A DNA stretch of 64,000 bases from Phormidesmis sp. (GCA_965248535.1 CBDFJR010000002.1:1184001-1248000); one strand, 5' to 3'; counted from the stretch's first letter, positions 30,572 through 41,113 are shown. Numbers and translations: made by a program. The notes: generated by a model from the sequence alone, not told the origin.

Positions 30572-31176
30572 ATTAATTTTTATCGTCTCAGTAGATGCAC
30601 GCCGCTCGATCGGTCAGTTAATAGGGGAAATCAAATCTTTGCTTTATAAAAAGACTGACCGACCAATATTTCTCTGCCCCAATTAATAGCCTGAACAGAA
30701 TAATACGGTAAGTTTGTGATAATTTTTAAGTGTTTATAATAAATTTATATTTGCCTTAAAAAAATCGACAACGTTTCCGATCAACTAAAAAGAATGCTCC
30801 CATCCATGGAGGCTGGTGTCATCAAGATTGAGTCTTCTAACCGCCGCCAAGAGACCGATGTAAGAAAAAATACTAAAGATTTGATGGACTGAAACGCGGG
30901 AACTTTAGTTTTGATTAAATCGTCACTGAGACTTAGACTTTGTTGTTCTAAGTTCGTGTTCCTGTGTTGAAAGTAGCTAGTTTTGTCGGAAATTTAGCTT
31001 TCTTTGTGGGCAGAGCGACTCCTAGCTCTAAACGGTTCTTAAGTAGATACTTAAGTCCAGAATGAATTTTAAGATAAATACTTGACAAAGCGATATCCTG
31101 TTGAGTCCTTAATCTTCTCCTCCAGATACGATAACCTGGTCATGGAGGCGCTTTTCTGTCCCACCCTCCGCCAGCC

Positions 31177-33513
31177 ATGACGCAAAGCACCGAATTTCTT
31201 AGCCACCTCAACGCTTCGCAACGGCAAGCGGTCGAGCATTTTTGTGGCCCGCTCTTAGTGATTGCGGGCGCAGGCTCTGGCAAAACCCGCGCGCTCACCT
31301 ATCGGATCGCCAACCTGGTGCTCACCCATCGGGTTGATCCAGAAAGCATTTTGGCGGTGACGTTTACCAACAAAGCCGCCAAAGAAATGAAAGAGCGGAT
31401 CGAGAAACTGTTTGCCGATCGTCAGGCTCACAGCGAGTTTGGCAAACCCCTATCCGAGTTGTCCAATCAACAGCAAACCAGCATCCGATCGAAGGTTTAT
31501 AAAACCATCATCAAAGATCTGTGGATTGGCACCTTTCATGCCCTTTGCTGTCGAATTTTGCGGTTTGATATTGAGAAGTTTCAGGATGAGAAGGGGCGCA
31601 AATGGACAAAAAATTTCTCGATTTTTGATGAGTCAGATGCTCAAAGTTTAGTCAAAAACATCATTATCAATCAACTCAATTTAGACGACAAAAAGTTTGA
31701 GCCGCGATCGGTTCGTTATGCGATTAGCAACGCTAAAAATAAAGGCTGGTCGCCACGAGAGTTAGAACAAGAACAGCCAAACTTTAGAGGCCGAGTAATT
31801 GCCAATGTCTACAGTCTTTATCAAGATAAATTAGCCGAAAATAATGCCGTAGACTTTGATGATTTAATCTGGTTGCCCGTGCAGCTATTTCGTCAAAATG
31901 AACAGATTCGAGCCTACTGGCACAAACGCTTTCGTCACATCTTAGTAGACGAATATCAAGACACCAACCGCACTCAATATGACCTGCTGCGAATGTTGGT
32001 CACCAATGGTGAATCAGCCGAGTTGTTTGACGAATGGGACTATCGATCGGTCTTTGTCGTGGGCGATGCCGATCAGTCAATCTACTCATTTCGGATGGCG
32101 GATTTCAAGATTCTCATGGGCTTTCAGCAAGACTTTGGCGACAGTCTGCCCGACGATGACACCCGCACCATGGTGAAGCTCGAAGAGAACTATCGATCGA
32201 CCGAAAACATTTTGCAACTCGCCAATCATCTGATCGAAAACAACACCGAGCGGATTGATAAAATTCTCAAACCCACCCGTGGCGAAGGAGCACCCGTCTT
32301 CTGCCATCGCGCCGATGATGAGATTGCCGAAGCTGAGTTTGTGGTGCAGCAGATTCGCACCTTGCAGCACCTGAATGCTGAACTGCACTGGGGCAAGTTC
32401 GCTATTCTCTATCGAACTAATGCCCAATCTCGTGCCTTTGAAGAATCCCTCGTGCGCTGGGGGGTGCCCTATAAAGTGGTGGGCGGTTTGCGGTTCTACG
32501 ATCGTAAAGAAATCAAAGATGTCTTGGGCTATCTGAGAGCGATCGCCAACCCATCCGACACCCTGAGTTTGCTGCGGGTGATTAATGCTCCCCGTCGCGG
32601 AGTCGGCAAGACCACGATCGATTCCTTGCAAAAAGCCTCGGTTGAGTTGGGCATTCCGCTCTGGGAGATTTTGAGTGATGAAACCTCGGTTAAAAGTTTA
32701 GCGGGTCGCAGTTCAAAAGGGGTGATTAGCTTTGCCCAGATGATTAAAAAGTGGCGATCGCAGATGGATGCGGTGTCTGCCTCTGAGCTAGTGCAAGGCA
32801 TTTTAGAAGAGTCGGGCTACTTAACCGACCTCAAATCGCAGGGCACCGATGAGGCCGAAGAACGCTTTCAAAACGTGCAGGAACTCTACAACGCCGTTCT
32901 GCAATTTGAGGAAGAAAACGAAGACACGAGCCTGATTGCCTTTCTCGCCGGGGCATCTCTCGCTTCTGATTTAGACGACAAAGACGAAGAAGCTACCAAA
33001 GTTTCTCTGATGACGCTCCACGCCTCTAAAGGGCTAGAATTTCCAGTCGTGTTTTTGGTGGGGTTAGAGCAAGGGCTGTTTCCGAGCTTCCGATCGCTAG
33101 ATGATCCCGCTGCGATCGAAGAAGAACGTCGGCTCTGCTATGTGGGCATCACCCGCGCTCAAGAGCGATTGTTTATCTCCTATGCGCGAGAGCGGCGCTT
33201 ATATGGAAATCGGGAAATGGCCCAACCGTCGGCATTCTTGAAAGAGATGCCCAACGATCTGATGGAGTCAAACATCACCACTACGGTTAGAGCGACTAAA
33301 TCACCTGTGGCTAAACCAGAGCGATCGCAGCCTCAAAGCAGCGTCGAAACCGATTGGAGTGTTGGTGAACTGGTGGTAGATAAACGATTTGGGGTCGGTG
33401 AAGTGACTCACGTTTTCGATTCGGGCAACAAAATCTGTTTAGCCGTTAAATTTCCTGACATCGGACGACGAATTATCGATCCGAGATTAACGCCTTTGCA
33501 GCGAGTGGAGTGA
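31177..33513 (+). CDS. pcrA: ATP-dependent DNA helicase PcrA/UvrD
   Basis: AGAGSGKT, VDEYQD, LEENYRS, TLHASKGLEF, EEERRLCYVGITRA. Confidence 0.97.
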   Translation: MTQSTEFLSHLNASQRQAVEHFCGPLLVIAGAGSGKTRALTYRIANLVLTHRVDPESILAVTFTNKAAKEMKERIEKLFADRQAHSEFGKPLSELSNQQQTSIRSKVYKTIIKDLWIGTFHALCCRILRFDIEKFQDEKGRKWTKNFSIFDESDAQSLVKNIIINQLNLDDKKFEPRSVRYAISNAKNKGWSPRELEQEQPNFRGRVIANVYSLYQDKLAENNAVDFDDLIWLPVQLFRQNEQIRAYWHKRFRHILVDEYQDTNRTQYDLLRMLVTNGESAELFDEWDYRSVFVVGDADQSIYSFRMADFKILMGFQQDFGDSLPDDDTRTMVKLEENYRSTENILQLANHLIENNTERIDKILKPTRGEGAPVFCHRADDEIAEAEFVVQQIRTLQHLNAELHWGKFAILYRTNAQSRAFEESLVRWGVPYKVVGGLRFYDRKEIKDVLGYLRAIANPSDTLSLLRVINAPRRGVGKTTIDSLQKASVELGIPLWEILSDETSVKSLAGRSSKGVISFAQMIKKWRSQMDAVSASELVQGILEESGYLTDLKSQGTDEAEERFQNVQELYNAVLQFEEENEDTSLIAFLAGASLASDLDDKDEEATKVSLMTLHASKGLEFPVVFLVGLEQGLFPSFRSLDDPAAIEEERRLCYVGITRAQERLFISYARERRLYGNREMAQPSAFLKEMPNDLMESNITTTVRATKSPVAKPERSQPQSSVETDWSVGELVVDKRFGVGEVTHVFDSGNKICLAVKFPDIGRRIIDPRLTPLQRVE

Positions 33514-33574
33514 GGAATTTATTTGTCCGGGGTAGGGACAGCATACTGGGACTAACGGGATCTAATTCGCGGCT

Positions 33575-34399
33575 CTATTCGTGTTCTACGACAAACACAT
33601 TGGCGTAGAGATTTGCCACAATTTGCTGCCCTTGCTGGGTCAGATTCAAATAGCGCAACGCATCTTGAATATAAGGGTGAACCCCATGCCAGAAAAACTT
33701 GGGATAGTTTTTTCGCAACTCGCCCGGATGGTCATAGCCCAGCGCCTTATTAACGCCCGTCTCTTCAAACTCATAGAACAGCGCATTAATTTTCTTTAAG
33801 TAGCGCGGGTCACTCAGTTGACCAATCAGATCAGCCGCCCGCACCAATCCTGGATAGTGAATGGTGTCTCGGTGGTCTTCAGCCGTGGGCACCGGAAAGC
33901 GCGTCAATTCAATATTGCGCTTGATGATCTCAGCATCGATCAGCTTATGCCCCCCAAATCGCTCTTCGACAAACAGCTTGCCCCGATCGACGTGATAGGG
34001 CGTGAGACTAGCATCGCTCGCGCTAGAGGGCAGTTCAACCATGGTGTCACCCACGCCCGTGGCATAGAAGCCGTGACGATCGTCGCGACACACCCCTTTG
34101 ACATAGCCAATGTCATGACAGTTTAGCGAGATGATGCAGTGCAGCCAGTCTTCGCACGAAACCCCACCATCTCGAATGTGTCTGCCGCGCAGGATTTCTT
34201 GCCCGACTAACGTGACTAGAATGGTGTGCTCTACATCATGATAAAGGGCATCGCTGTTGGCAATATTTTCTAATGCCATGCTGCCAGCCCAGCCCAAAAT
34301 ATCAGCATAGCTAGCTTTTAGGCTGCCATAGGTGCGGTGATAGCCTTCTTGGATCTGGGCAACAAAAGCATTGATAAAAAGTTCGGTAGCGTTGAACAT
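33575..34399 (-). CDS. HD-domain metalloprotein (Npun_R2479-like family)
   Basis: DALYHDVEHT, HDIGY, HVDRG, AADLIGQL. Confidence 0.85.
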   Translation of the reverse strand: MFNATELFINAFVAQIQEGYHRTYGSLKASYADILGWAGSMALENIANSDALYHDVEHTILVTLVGQEILRGRHIRDGGVSCEDWLHCIISLNCHDIGYVKGVCRDDRHGFYATGVGDTMVELPSSASDASLTPYHVDRGKLFVEERFGGHKLIDAEIIKRNIELTRFPVPTAEDHRDTIHYPGLVRAADLIGQLSDPRYLKKINALFYEFEETGVNKALGYDHPGELRKNYPKFFWHGVHPYIQDALRYLNLTQQGQQIVANLYANVFVVEHE

Positions 34400-34543
34400 T
34401 GTGGTAGTGAGCGGTGCTTCTCAGCAGGTTAAGAATCGGAGAGAGGGCAACACATTGACGGTCACCAATCACGTTGAGGGGTCTCAGAACCATTAACGGA
34501 TCTGCCAACATCCATGCTAACCCGGCCTAGACGATGATGGTCT

Positions 34544-34577
34544 TGAGGCAGGTGGGCGATCGTCCTCACCTGCCTCA
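34544..34577. terminator. GC-rich hairpin, possible terminator or processing site
   Basis: tgaggcaggtg...cacctgcctca 11-bp perfect stem just past the stop of 34595..35074; no poly-U tail. Confidence 0.45.
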
Positions 34578-34594
34578 CAGCTTGAGTCAGCAGG

Positions 34595-35074
34595 TTAGGT
34601 CTCGTGACTGAGACCATTTTTCGATTTTGGTTTGTTGAGTTCTTTACACTTGGCTTCGGCGGCTTGGTGCGCTTTTACATAGTCGTCTCCGCCCAGCATC
34701 ACGTCGCCATAATATCCATAAGGAGCTTTGCCGTAGATGGGCAACGGGTCATCTTCGGGATAGTCTTCTTGAGCGTCTTCGATCGCTTTTTTAAGCTGCT
34801 TGGGGGTGAGCCGATGAGCCGGAAAGTAAAAAAGCTGGTCAGCGCTGCGATTGAGATGAGGAAAATTTGGGTCGATCAAGCGATCGCTCCCTTCTAGCCA
34901 ACTATGCTCGATCGGCGCAAACGGCGCACCCTCGTAGACCAAAAACCCTTGAACATAGGTCACATCATCGGTGACGAGAGCCGCTCTGTGGGCATTTTCA
35001 AACCTGGCTTTTCCTTTGCTTTTGATCTGTTTGGCAACCGTTTGAGATTGTTCAACATCCAATGGCTTATCCAT
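34595..35074 (-). CDS. Conserved hypothetical protein
   Basis: 159-aa ORF; YVQGF...EHSWLE...IDP pattern. Confidence 0.7.
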   Translation of the reverse strand: MDKPLDVEQSQTVAKQIKSKGKARFENAHRAALVTDDVTYVQGFLVYEGAPFAPIEHSWLEGSDRLIDPNFPHLNRSADQLFYFPAHRLTPKQLKKAIEDAQEDYPEDDPLPIYGKAPYGYYGDVMLGGDDYVKAHQAAEAKCKELNKPKSKNGLSHET

Positions 35075-35099
35075 TTGCCACCACCACTAACCACTCTTT

Positions 35100-35525
35100 T
35101 TAAGGGTAGTTTACCAGGAGCGATTGTTGATTGAGAAACACGACAAATTCTTGAATCGTCGTCAGGTTTCCTAGACTCAGGCTGTCACCGATATCAACCC
35201 CAAAGCGATCGTAGAAATCATCACAGAGGGTTGATTCCCAGTCAAACCAGCACACGAGCGACAAGCTGAGATCTTCAGTCAAGCGATCGCTGGGCACCAC
35301 CTGGGCAAACGTCAAACCAGAGTAGGATTCCATCTGCTGATAGACAAATTCTGCCACCTCGCTAGACACATTTAGGGGTCGCCAAAAGGTCTGATGCCAT
35401 CGCTCTGGTGAGTGGTGAGGACGATCGCGCAAAGCCTGATTGATACGGCACCTAAGTCGTAGATCAGGACTCAGATCTCCGTAAGTCTTCAAACTTTGAA
35501 TAAGATTAGTTAGCTTTCGCCACAT
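35100..35525 (-). CDS. Hypothetical protein with ACP-like C-terminus
   Basis: 141-aa ORF; DRLTEDL...FGVDI...TTIQEFV resembles the ACP helix pattern. Confidence 0.6.
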   Translation of the reverse strand: MWRKLTNLIQSLKTYGDLSPDLRLRCRINQALRDRPHHSPERWHQTFWRPLNVSSEVAEFVYQQMESYSGLTFAQVVPSDRLTEDLSLSLVCWFDWESTLCDDFYDRFGVDIGDSLSLGNLTTIQEFVVFLNQQSLLVNYP

Positions 35526-35656
35526 GCTAAAAACGCGATTAAACAGAAAGGCTCCTCGCCTGATTTCAGTATTCCCACTGTGAAAATGAACTCTCTATTG
35601 GCAAACAAACTCCACCGCAGCCGATCGCGGGCACCCGTTGGGCATCAAAAATCAGG

Positions 35657-36901
35657 TCACGACATCGCCAACTGAGCGGCTCCATAAGCTGCCTCGGTCT
35701 GCCGCGATCGCTGCACCTGAACCTTAAGGTGACGTTCTCGGATCGTGCACCAGGGTTGATTGACGGCCCCTCCCCCGGCAGTATAGACGCGCTCTAATTT
35801 ATTCGCGCCAGAGGATTGTAGCAGGCGATAGCCTTCCGCTTCAAGCCGAGCGATGCTTTCTAACAACCCATGTAAGAACTCTCGGCGATCGTCAGGGCGG
35901 GGGTCTAACCGGGGCAGCAAATGGGGATCGTTAATGGGAAAGCGATCGCCCGGTTTGAGCAGCGGATAATAGTCTAATAAGCTCTCTTGATGGACGGGAA
36001 TTTGTTGACTGAGATCTGCCAATTCTGCATCACTAAAAAAATGCCGCAGCACGGCTCCACCTGTGTTAGATGCGCCGCCGACTAGCCATAAATCTCCCAA
36101 TCGGTGACTATAAATTCCATAGCGGCTGTCTTCGACGCGAGTTTGGCTAACCAACTTCAGCACCAGCGTAGATCCTAGAGAGGTGACGGCTTCACCGGGG
36201 ATTTTAGCGCCACTGGCTAGAAATGCGGCAATGCTGTCTGTGGTGCCCGCGCAAACGATGCAGTGGTGGGACAGTTTCAGACGATCGGCGATCGTGGCAT
36301 CAACTTCAGCGATCGCCGTCCCCGGTGCCAGAACGCGGGGCAATAATTCTCGAAACGGCAGTGTCTCGATCCAGTCAGGATAGCAAAGTTGCTCAACGTC
36401 ATAGCCCAGCTTCAAACTGTTGTGATAATCGCTGATGCCCAACTGCCCATGCAGCAAAAACGCCAGCCAGTCAGCTTGATGCAAAAAATAGCGTCCTGAC
36501 AAAAAATTAGGCTGTTGACTCGACCAAATCAGTTTGGCAAAGCTAGAAGTTGCGCTTAACACGGTGTGGTTGGGGGGCGCGATCGCTCTAACGTGATCCA
36601 ACACGTCAATGGCACGAGCGTCGTTATAGAGAATCGGTTCGGCAATGGGGTGTCCATCTGCATTGCAAAGCAGCACGGTGGAGGAGGTGCCATCAATAGC
36701 GATCGCGCCGATCAGCGATCGTAGCGGCTGAGGAATCTGTTCGATCAGACTCACTAAAGCGGTTTGCCACTCTCTAAACGCCGCTCCAGATGAGGGATTT
36801 ACAAAGGGATAGCTGGCTTGAAAGTGGATGGTTCCGTCACGATCGAGGATGAGCGATCGTGCTCCCGATGTCCCAAAATCTAACCCTAAATAAAGATTCA
36901 T
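35657..36901 (-). CDS. FGGY-family carbohydrate kinase
   Basis: LGLDFGTSG, GTTDSIAAF, GGASNTGG; ATG at 36901 chosen. Confidence 0.9.
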   Translation of the reverse strand: MNLYLGLDFGTSGARSLILDRDGTIHFQASYPFVNPSSGAAFREWQTALVSLIEQIPQPLRSLIGAIAIDGTSSTVLLCNADGHPIAEPILYNDARAIDVLDHVRAIAPPNHTVLSATSSFAKLIWSSQQPNFLSGRYFLHQADWLAFLLHGQLGISDYHNSLKLGYDVEQLCYPDWIETLPFRELLPRVLAPGTAIAEVDATIADRLKLSHHCIVCAGTTDSIAAFLASGAKIPGEAVTSLGSTLVLKLVSQTRVEDSRYGIYSHRLGDLWLVGGASNTGGAVLRHFFSDAELADLSQQIPVHQESLLDYYPLLKPGDRFPINDPHLLPRLDPRPDDRREFLHGLLESIARLEAEGYRLLQSSGANKLERVYTAGGGAVNQPWCTIRERHLKVQVQRSRQTEAAYGAAQLAMS

Positions 36902-36956
36902 TCTGACTTTTTCAGAGAGTACGAAGGTTATGATTTTACAGCGATCGTTCTTACTC

Positions 36957-37090
36957 AAAACTCGGAGGTTTTCACTAAGAATTCATCGTTTGAAGTATGG
37001 AGTGGCTCAAACCTCTCCGAGTTTTTGGAAATTCGGAATTCATCGTTTGAGGTATGGAGTGGCTCAAACCTCCGAGTTTTTGGAAATTCG
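36957..37090. repeat. Tandem duplication (57 + 55 bp) with an inverted AAAACTCGGAGGTT arm
   Basis: gaattcatcgtttgargtatggagtggctcaaacct(ct)ccgagtttttggaaattcg at 36979-37035 and 37036-37090; 36957-36970 is complementary to aacctccgagtttt. Confidence 0.85.
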
Positions 37091-37114
37091 TTCTTTCGAT
37101 AGTTCAAAATTTAA

Positions 37115-37972
37115 ATGATCAACACTAAATTATCTCAGAAGCGATGGCGATCGTTCCTCAAAAGATTTGCGATCGGCTATAGTTTGGTTTGCGTTGCGCT
37201 CTACTTTCAACAACAGCGCGTCATGTTCTTTCCGACCCACAAACTTGAGCATACGCCCTCTTTATATCAACTCAACTATCAAGACGTTTTGATTCCCATT
37301 TCAACACCAAACGGGCAAAGCGAACGATTACAAGGCTGGTGGATTCCGGCTGAAAAGCCCGATGCACCCGTGATGATTTATTTTCATCATAATGCGATCA
37401 ACATTGGGGCAAATGTTAGTCAAGCTCTTCAGTTTCACAAGCTAGGCTACTCAATTTTCTTGTTCGACTATCGGGGGTTTGGTCAAAGTGAAGGAGCCTT
37501 TCCAACTGAATCTCAACTCTATGAAGATGCTCAAGCAGCCTGGAATTATTTAACTCAAACGCGCAAGATTTTGCCCAATCGAATTGTTATCTACGGGCAT
37601 TCAGTAGGGGGCGCGATCGCGATTGATCTCGCTGCCAAACATCCCGAAGCAGCCGCGTTAATTGTGCAGAGTTCGTTTACTAGTATGCGCGACATGACCA
37701 AGCGATTTGGGGTGTATTGGTTGCTGCCGATCGAGCTATTGCTGCGCCAGCACTTTGACTCACTAGAAAAGATGAAATCGATTAAAATGCCAGTTCTGAT
37801 CATCACGGGCACTGAAGATATTCAAATTCCCGTTGAGATGGGAGAACGTTTATATGCGGCGACTTCTGAACCTAAGCAGCTAATGATTATTCCAGGAGGA
37901 GGACACGACAATCATCTATCAGAGCCATATAAGCAGCGCATTAAACAGTTTATTAACCAAGTTATTAAGTAA
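37115..37972 (+). CDS. Alpha/beta hydrolase (ABHD13/Bem46-like)
   Basis: DYRGFG, GHSVGG nucleophile elbow, GTED, GGHD. Confidence 0.9.
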   Translation: MINTKLSQKRWRSFLKRFAIGYSLVCVALYFQQQRVMFFPTHKLEHTPSLYQLNYQDVLIPISTPNGQSERLQGWWIPAEKPDAPVMIYFHHNAINIGANVSQALQFHKLGYSIFLFDYRGFGQSEGAFPTESQLYEDAQAAWNYLTQTRKILPNRIVIYGHSVGGAIAIDLAAKHPEAAALIVQSSFTSMRDMTKRFGVYWLLPIELLLRQHFDSLEKMKSIKMPVLIITGTEDIQIPVEMGERLYAATSEPKQLMIIPGGGHDNHLSEPYKQRIKQFINQVIK

Positions 37973-38048
37973 GCAGCGATCGCCCACCCAAAGAACACTC
38001 TGTAGAGTACGACTGGATGGAGTGAGATCACCCAATCTCACTCCGAAT

Positions 38049-38582
38049 TTAGCTTTGACTCTCTTTAGCGGTCGATCGGGGCAACCTCGCAAAATTATCG
38101 CGATAGATTTGGATGGTCTCGTCAGCATCTTCACGAACCGCTAGCGATCGCTGAATTTCACCCAGATAGAGCGGCTCAGAAACGCCGGGTGCTGGATGCA
38201 CATTAGTCCGCAGGCGAATCGTCAGGCGAGGCTCACCCTGAGTCATGCGACCCGGAGAATAAAGATCCACGGCGGCTTGACGCAGCGTTGCTTCTACCTG
38301 TGGCTCAGTCACCGTCGGCGGCACCACAATCACAACCTGCGAAGAAGCCGTATCAAAAATTCTGGAATAGTGGAGCGCACCGGGGATATTAGGGCGCGTG
38401 TAGATAGCCAAACTCAGCGCAAAAATGCCCGCCGTCAAAACCCCCATAAACCCTGTGATGCCCACCAGTCGGAAGCGGAATCCCCACTTGAAGACAAACC
38501 CCAGCACTGCCAGAATAGCCACCACGATCGTCAGAATTCCTGACCATTGAGCATCGGTTAAAAGTTGTGCAGGTTCAAACAT
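38049..38582 (-). CDS. ycf51: Ycf51-family protein
   Basis: WGFRFRLVGITGFM, LEATL-like EATLRQAA.DL.SPGR, HPAPGVSEPLYLG; ATG at 38582 chosen. Confidence 0.8.
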   Translation of the reverse strand: MFEPAQLLTDAQWSGILTIVVAILAVLGFVFKWGFRFRLVGITGFMGVLTAGIFALSLAIYTRPNIPGALHYSRIFDTASSQVVIVVPPTVTEPQVEATLRQAAVDLYSPGRMTQGEPRLTIRLRTNVHPAPGVSEPLYLGEIQRSLAVREDADETIQIYRDNFARLPRSTAKESQS

Positions 38583-38616
38583 GGAGGCAAAAAAATAGGG
38601 GATAACGACACGGCGG

Positions 38617-39087
38617 CTATTCGTTGCTGACCACCCCAACGGGCTGCGGCTCAGTTGACGATTCGAGAGCGGCTTTTAGCGTGTGCCACGTTAGCGTCGC
38701 ACATTTAATGCGAACTGGGAACTGAGACACGCCCTGCATCACATTTAGCTTACGCTGCTCTGTCGGAAACTCGGCATTGCCCTGCATCATGCTCTGAAAG
38801 CGCTGCACCATGTCTAGGGCTTCGTTGGTGCTTTTGCCGCGCAGAGCTTCTGCCATCAGATCAGCCGATGCCATGGCGATCGCGCACCCTTCCCCCTCAA
38901 ATTTGACATCTTCAATGCGGTCGCCCGCATCATTGAGTTGAACGGTAAGCTCGATCGTGTCTCCGCAAGAAGGATTATGGCCTCGTTGCAACCGATGCAC
39001 AGGGTTGGTCACGCCTCGGTGTTTTGGCTTTTTATAGCGTTCTAGAATGACCTGTTGATAAAGGTCACGCAGATTGGCCAGCGTCAT
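38617..39087 (-). CDS. sufU: SUF-system NifU-like protein
   Basis: LYQQVIL, NPSCGD, GEGCAI..AS, RIKCATL.W. Confidence 0.9.
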   Translation of the reverse strand: MTLANLRDLYQQVILERYKKPKHRGVTNPVHRLQRGHNPSCGDTIELTVQLNDAGDRIEDVKFEGEGCAIAMASADLMAEALRGKSTNEALDMVQRFQSMMQGNAEFPTEQRKLNVMQGVSQFPVRIKCATLTWHTLKAALESSTEPQPVGVVSNE

Positions 39088-39251
39088 AATTTCGATTGGT
39101 TACAGCTATCTTCATCCTATCAGGGTCACTGGCGATCGGGCAGACCAAATCACCCTCTACAATCCCCTTTCTGTCGTCGGTCACAGAACTTTTCAACCCA
39201 TTGCCGATGCAAATTTGATACCCTATTTCAAAGAGTCTTGGGAGATGAAGC

Positions 39252-40415
39252 GTGGATATTCAAATTGGTAGAGGCAAAACTGCCCGTCGAGCCTACGGGA
39301 TTGATGAGATTGCACTCGCTCCCGGACAGCGAACCCTCGATCCAAAATTGGCCGATACGCGCTGGACGATCGGCGGCATTGAGCGCGAAATTCCCATTCT
39401 GGCCAGTGCGATGGATGGGGTGGTCGATGTCAAAATGGCCGTCTTGCTGTCAGAGCTAGGCGCGATCGGCGTTCTTAACCTCGAAGGCGTGCAAACCCGC
39501 TATGAGAACCCTGATCCGATTCTGGATGAAATCGCCGCCGTCGGGAAAGACGACTTTGTGACACTGATGCAGCGACTCTATTTAGAGCCAATCAAGCCAG
39601 AGTTGATTGAGAAACGAGTCAAAGAAATTAAGCAACAGGGTGGCATTGCAGCGGTTAGCGCGACTCCTGCGGGAGCCATTCAGTTTGGTCAAGTGGTCGC
39701 CAAAGCCGGAGCCGATCTGTTTTTTGTCCAAGCCACGGTCGTCTCGACGGCTCACCTCGCCCCCGACTCAATCACGCCTCTTGATCTGGCGCAATTCTGT
39801 CAAGAGATGCCGATCCCAGTGATTTTAGGCAACTGCGTCACCTATGAAGTCACGTTAAATTTAATGAAAGCAGGGGCAGCCGGGGTGCTAGTGGGCATTG
39901 GCCCCGGTGCAGCCTGCACGTCTCGCGGGGTGTTGGGGGTAGGAGTGCCCCAGGCAACGGCGATCGCTGACTGTGCCGCCGCTCGCGATGACTATCACCG
40001 CGAAACCGGAAACTACGTCCCGATCATTGCCGATGGCGGGTTGATCACAGGCGGAGACATCTGCAAGTGCATTGCCTGCGGAGCCGATGGCGTGATGATT
40101 GGCTCTCCCTTTGCTAGAGCCAAAGAAGCACCCGGACGCGGCTTTCACTGGGGCATGGCAACGCCTAGCCCCGTGTTGCCCAGAGGCACCCGGATTCGAG
40201 TCGGCACCACGGGCACCCTGCAACAGATTTTGCGCGGCCCGGCGCAGCTCGATGACGGCACCCACAACTTTTTGGGGTCACTGCAAACCAGCATGGGCAC
40301 CCTAGGCGCAAAAAACATCAAAGAAATGCAGCAGGTCGAAGTGGTGATTGCCCCATCGCTGCTGACCGAAGGCAAGGTTTATCAAAAAGCTCAACAGTTG
40401 GGCATGGGCAAATAG
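39252..40415 (+). CDS. guaB: IMP dehydrogenase-related protein (GuaB3 type, no CBS domains)
   Basis: SAMDGVVD, GIGPGAACTSRGVLGVG, IIADGG. Confidence 0.92.
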   Translation: MDIQIGRGKTARRAYGIDEIALAPGQRTLDPKLADTRWTIGGIEREIPILASAMDGVVDVKMAVLLSELGAIGVLNLEGVQTRYENPDPILDEIAAVGKDDFVTLMQRLYLEPIKPELIEKRVKEIKQQGGIAAVSATPAGAIQFGQVVAKAGADLFFVQATVVSTAHLAPDSITPLDLAQFCQEMPIPVILGNCVTYEVTLNLMKAGAAGVLVGIGPGAACTSRGVLGVGVPQATAIADCAAARDDYHRETGNYVPIIADGGLITGGDICKCIACGADGVMIGSPFARAKEAPGRGFHWGMATPSPVLPRGTRIRVGTTGTLQQILRGPAQLDDGTHNFLGSLQTSMGTLGAKNIKEMQQVEVVIAPSLLTEGKVYQKAQQLGMGK

Positions 40416-40498
40416 AGCCTAGAGGGGCGATCGTCCGAACAAATTCTTAAGAGTTTCTTAGGCTCTTTGACACCTCTGGTAATTCCAAATCCGTCGTC

Positions 40499-40504
40499 TA
40501 CAAT
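40499..40504 (+). promoter_or_regulatory. Putative -10 element of yfr1
   Basis: TACAAT about 7 nt upstream of the Yfr1 5' hairpin. Confidence 0.55.
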
Positions 40505-40511
40505 AGAAAAA

Positions 40512-40583
40512 GCGGAGACGTAAGTTTCCGTTCACTCCTCACACCACACTCCGCCTGAACTTCGGTTTAGGCGGTTCCTTTTT
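40512..40583 (+). ncRNA. yfr1: Yfr1 small RNA
   Basis: Conserved ACTCCTCACAC (40534-40544) between a 5' hairpin and a ccgcctgaac-ttcg-gtttaggcgg terminator; canonical guaB-trxA location. Confidence 0.92.
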
Positions 40584-40786
40584 GGGAGGCGGTTTCAGAC
40601 TTCCGGATCTGACGGTAGCTGATCCCGATCGCCCCTCAAACGCGATCGCAAATTCCCAGTGCCCAAAATGCTCACACCCTAATAGAGCCATAGATTGTAT
40701 CTAATTATGTCTGCCCTGCGATGAGAGTCTACCGTTTTTGCTATGGTAGAATTTCGTCGAACGAGTATAGGCAAGGATTTTCAGGC

Positions 40787-41110
40787 ATGTCAGCAGCCGC
40801 ACAAGTTACAGATTCTACATTTGATCAGGAAGTACTTGAGAGCGAAGTCCCGGTTTTAGTCGATTTTTGGGCCCCTTGGTGCGGCCCCTGTCGCATGGTG
40901 GCACCCGTCGTCGATGAAATCGCGATTCAGTTTGAGGGCAAGGTCAAGGTCGTTAAGGTCAACACCGATGACAATCCCAGTGTCGCCAGCAAGTATGGAA
41001 TTCGCAGCATTCCAACATTGATGATTTTTAAGGGAGGGCAGCGCGTCGATATGGTGGTCGGTGCTGTGCCTAAAACCACTCTCTCCAACACGCTCGAAAA
41101 GCATCTCTAG
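40787..41110 (+). CDS. trxA: Thioredoxin (m-type)
   Basis: [12 protein letters not shown] at 40787. Confidence 0.96.
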   Translation: MSAAAQVTDSTFDQEVLESEVPVLVDFWAPWCGPCRMVAPVVDEIAIQFEGKVKVVKVNTDDNPSVASKYGIRSIPTLMIFKGGQRVDMVVGAVPKTTLSNTLEKHL

Positions 41111-41113
41111 GTT

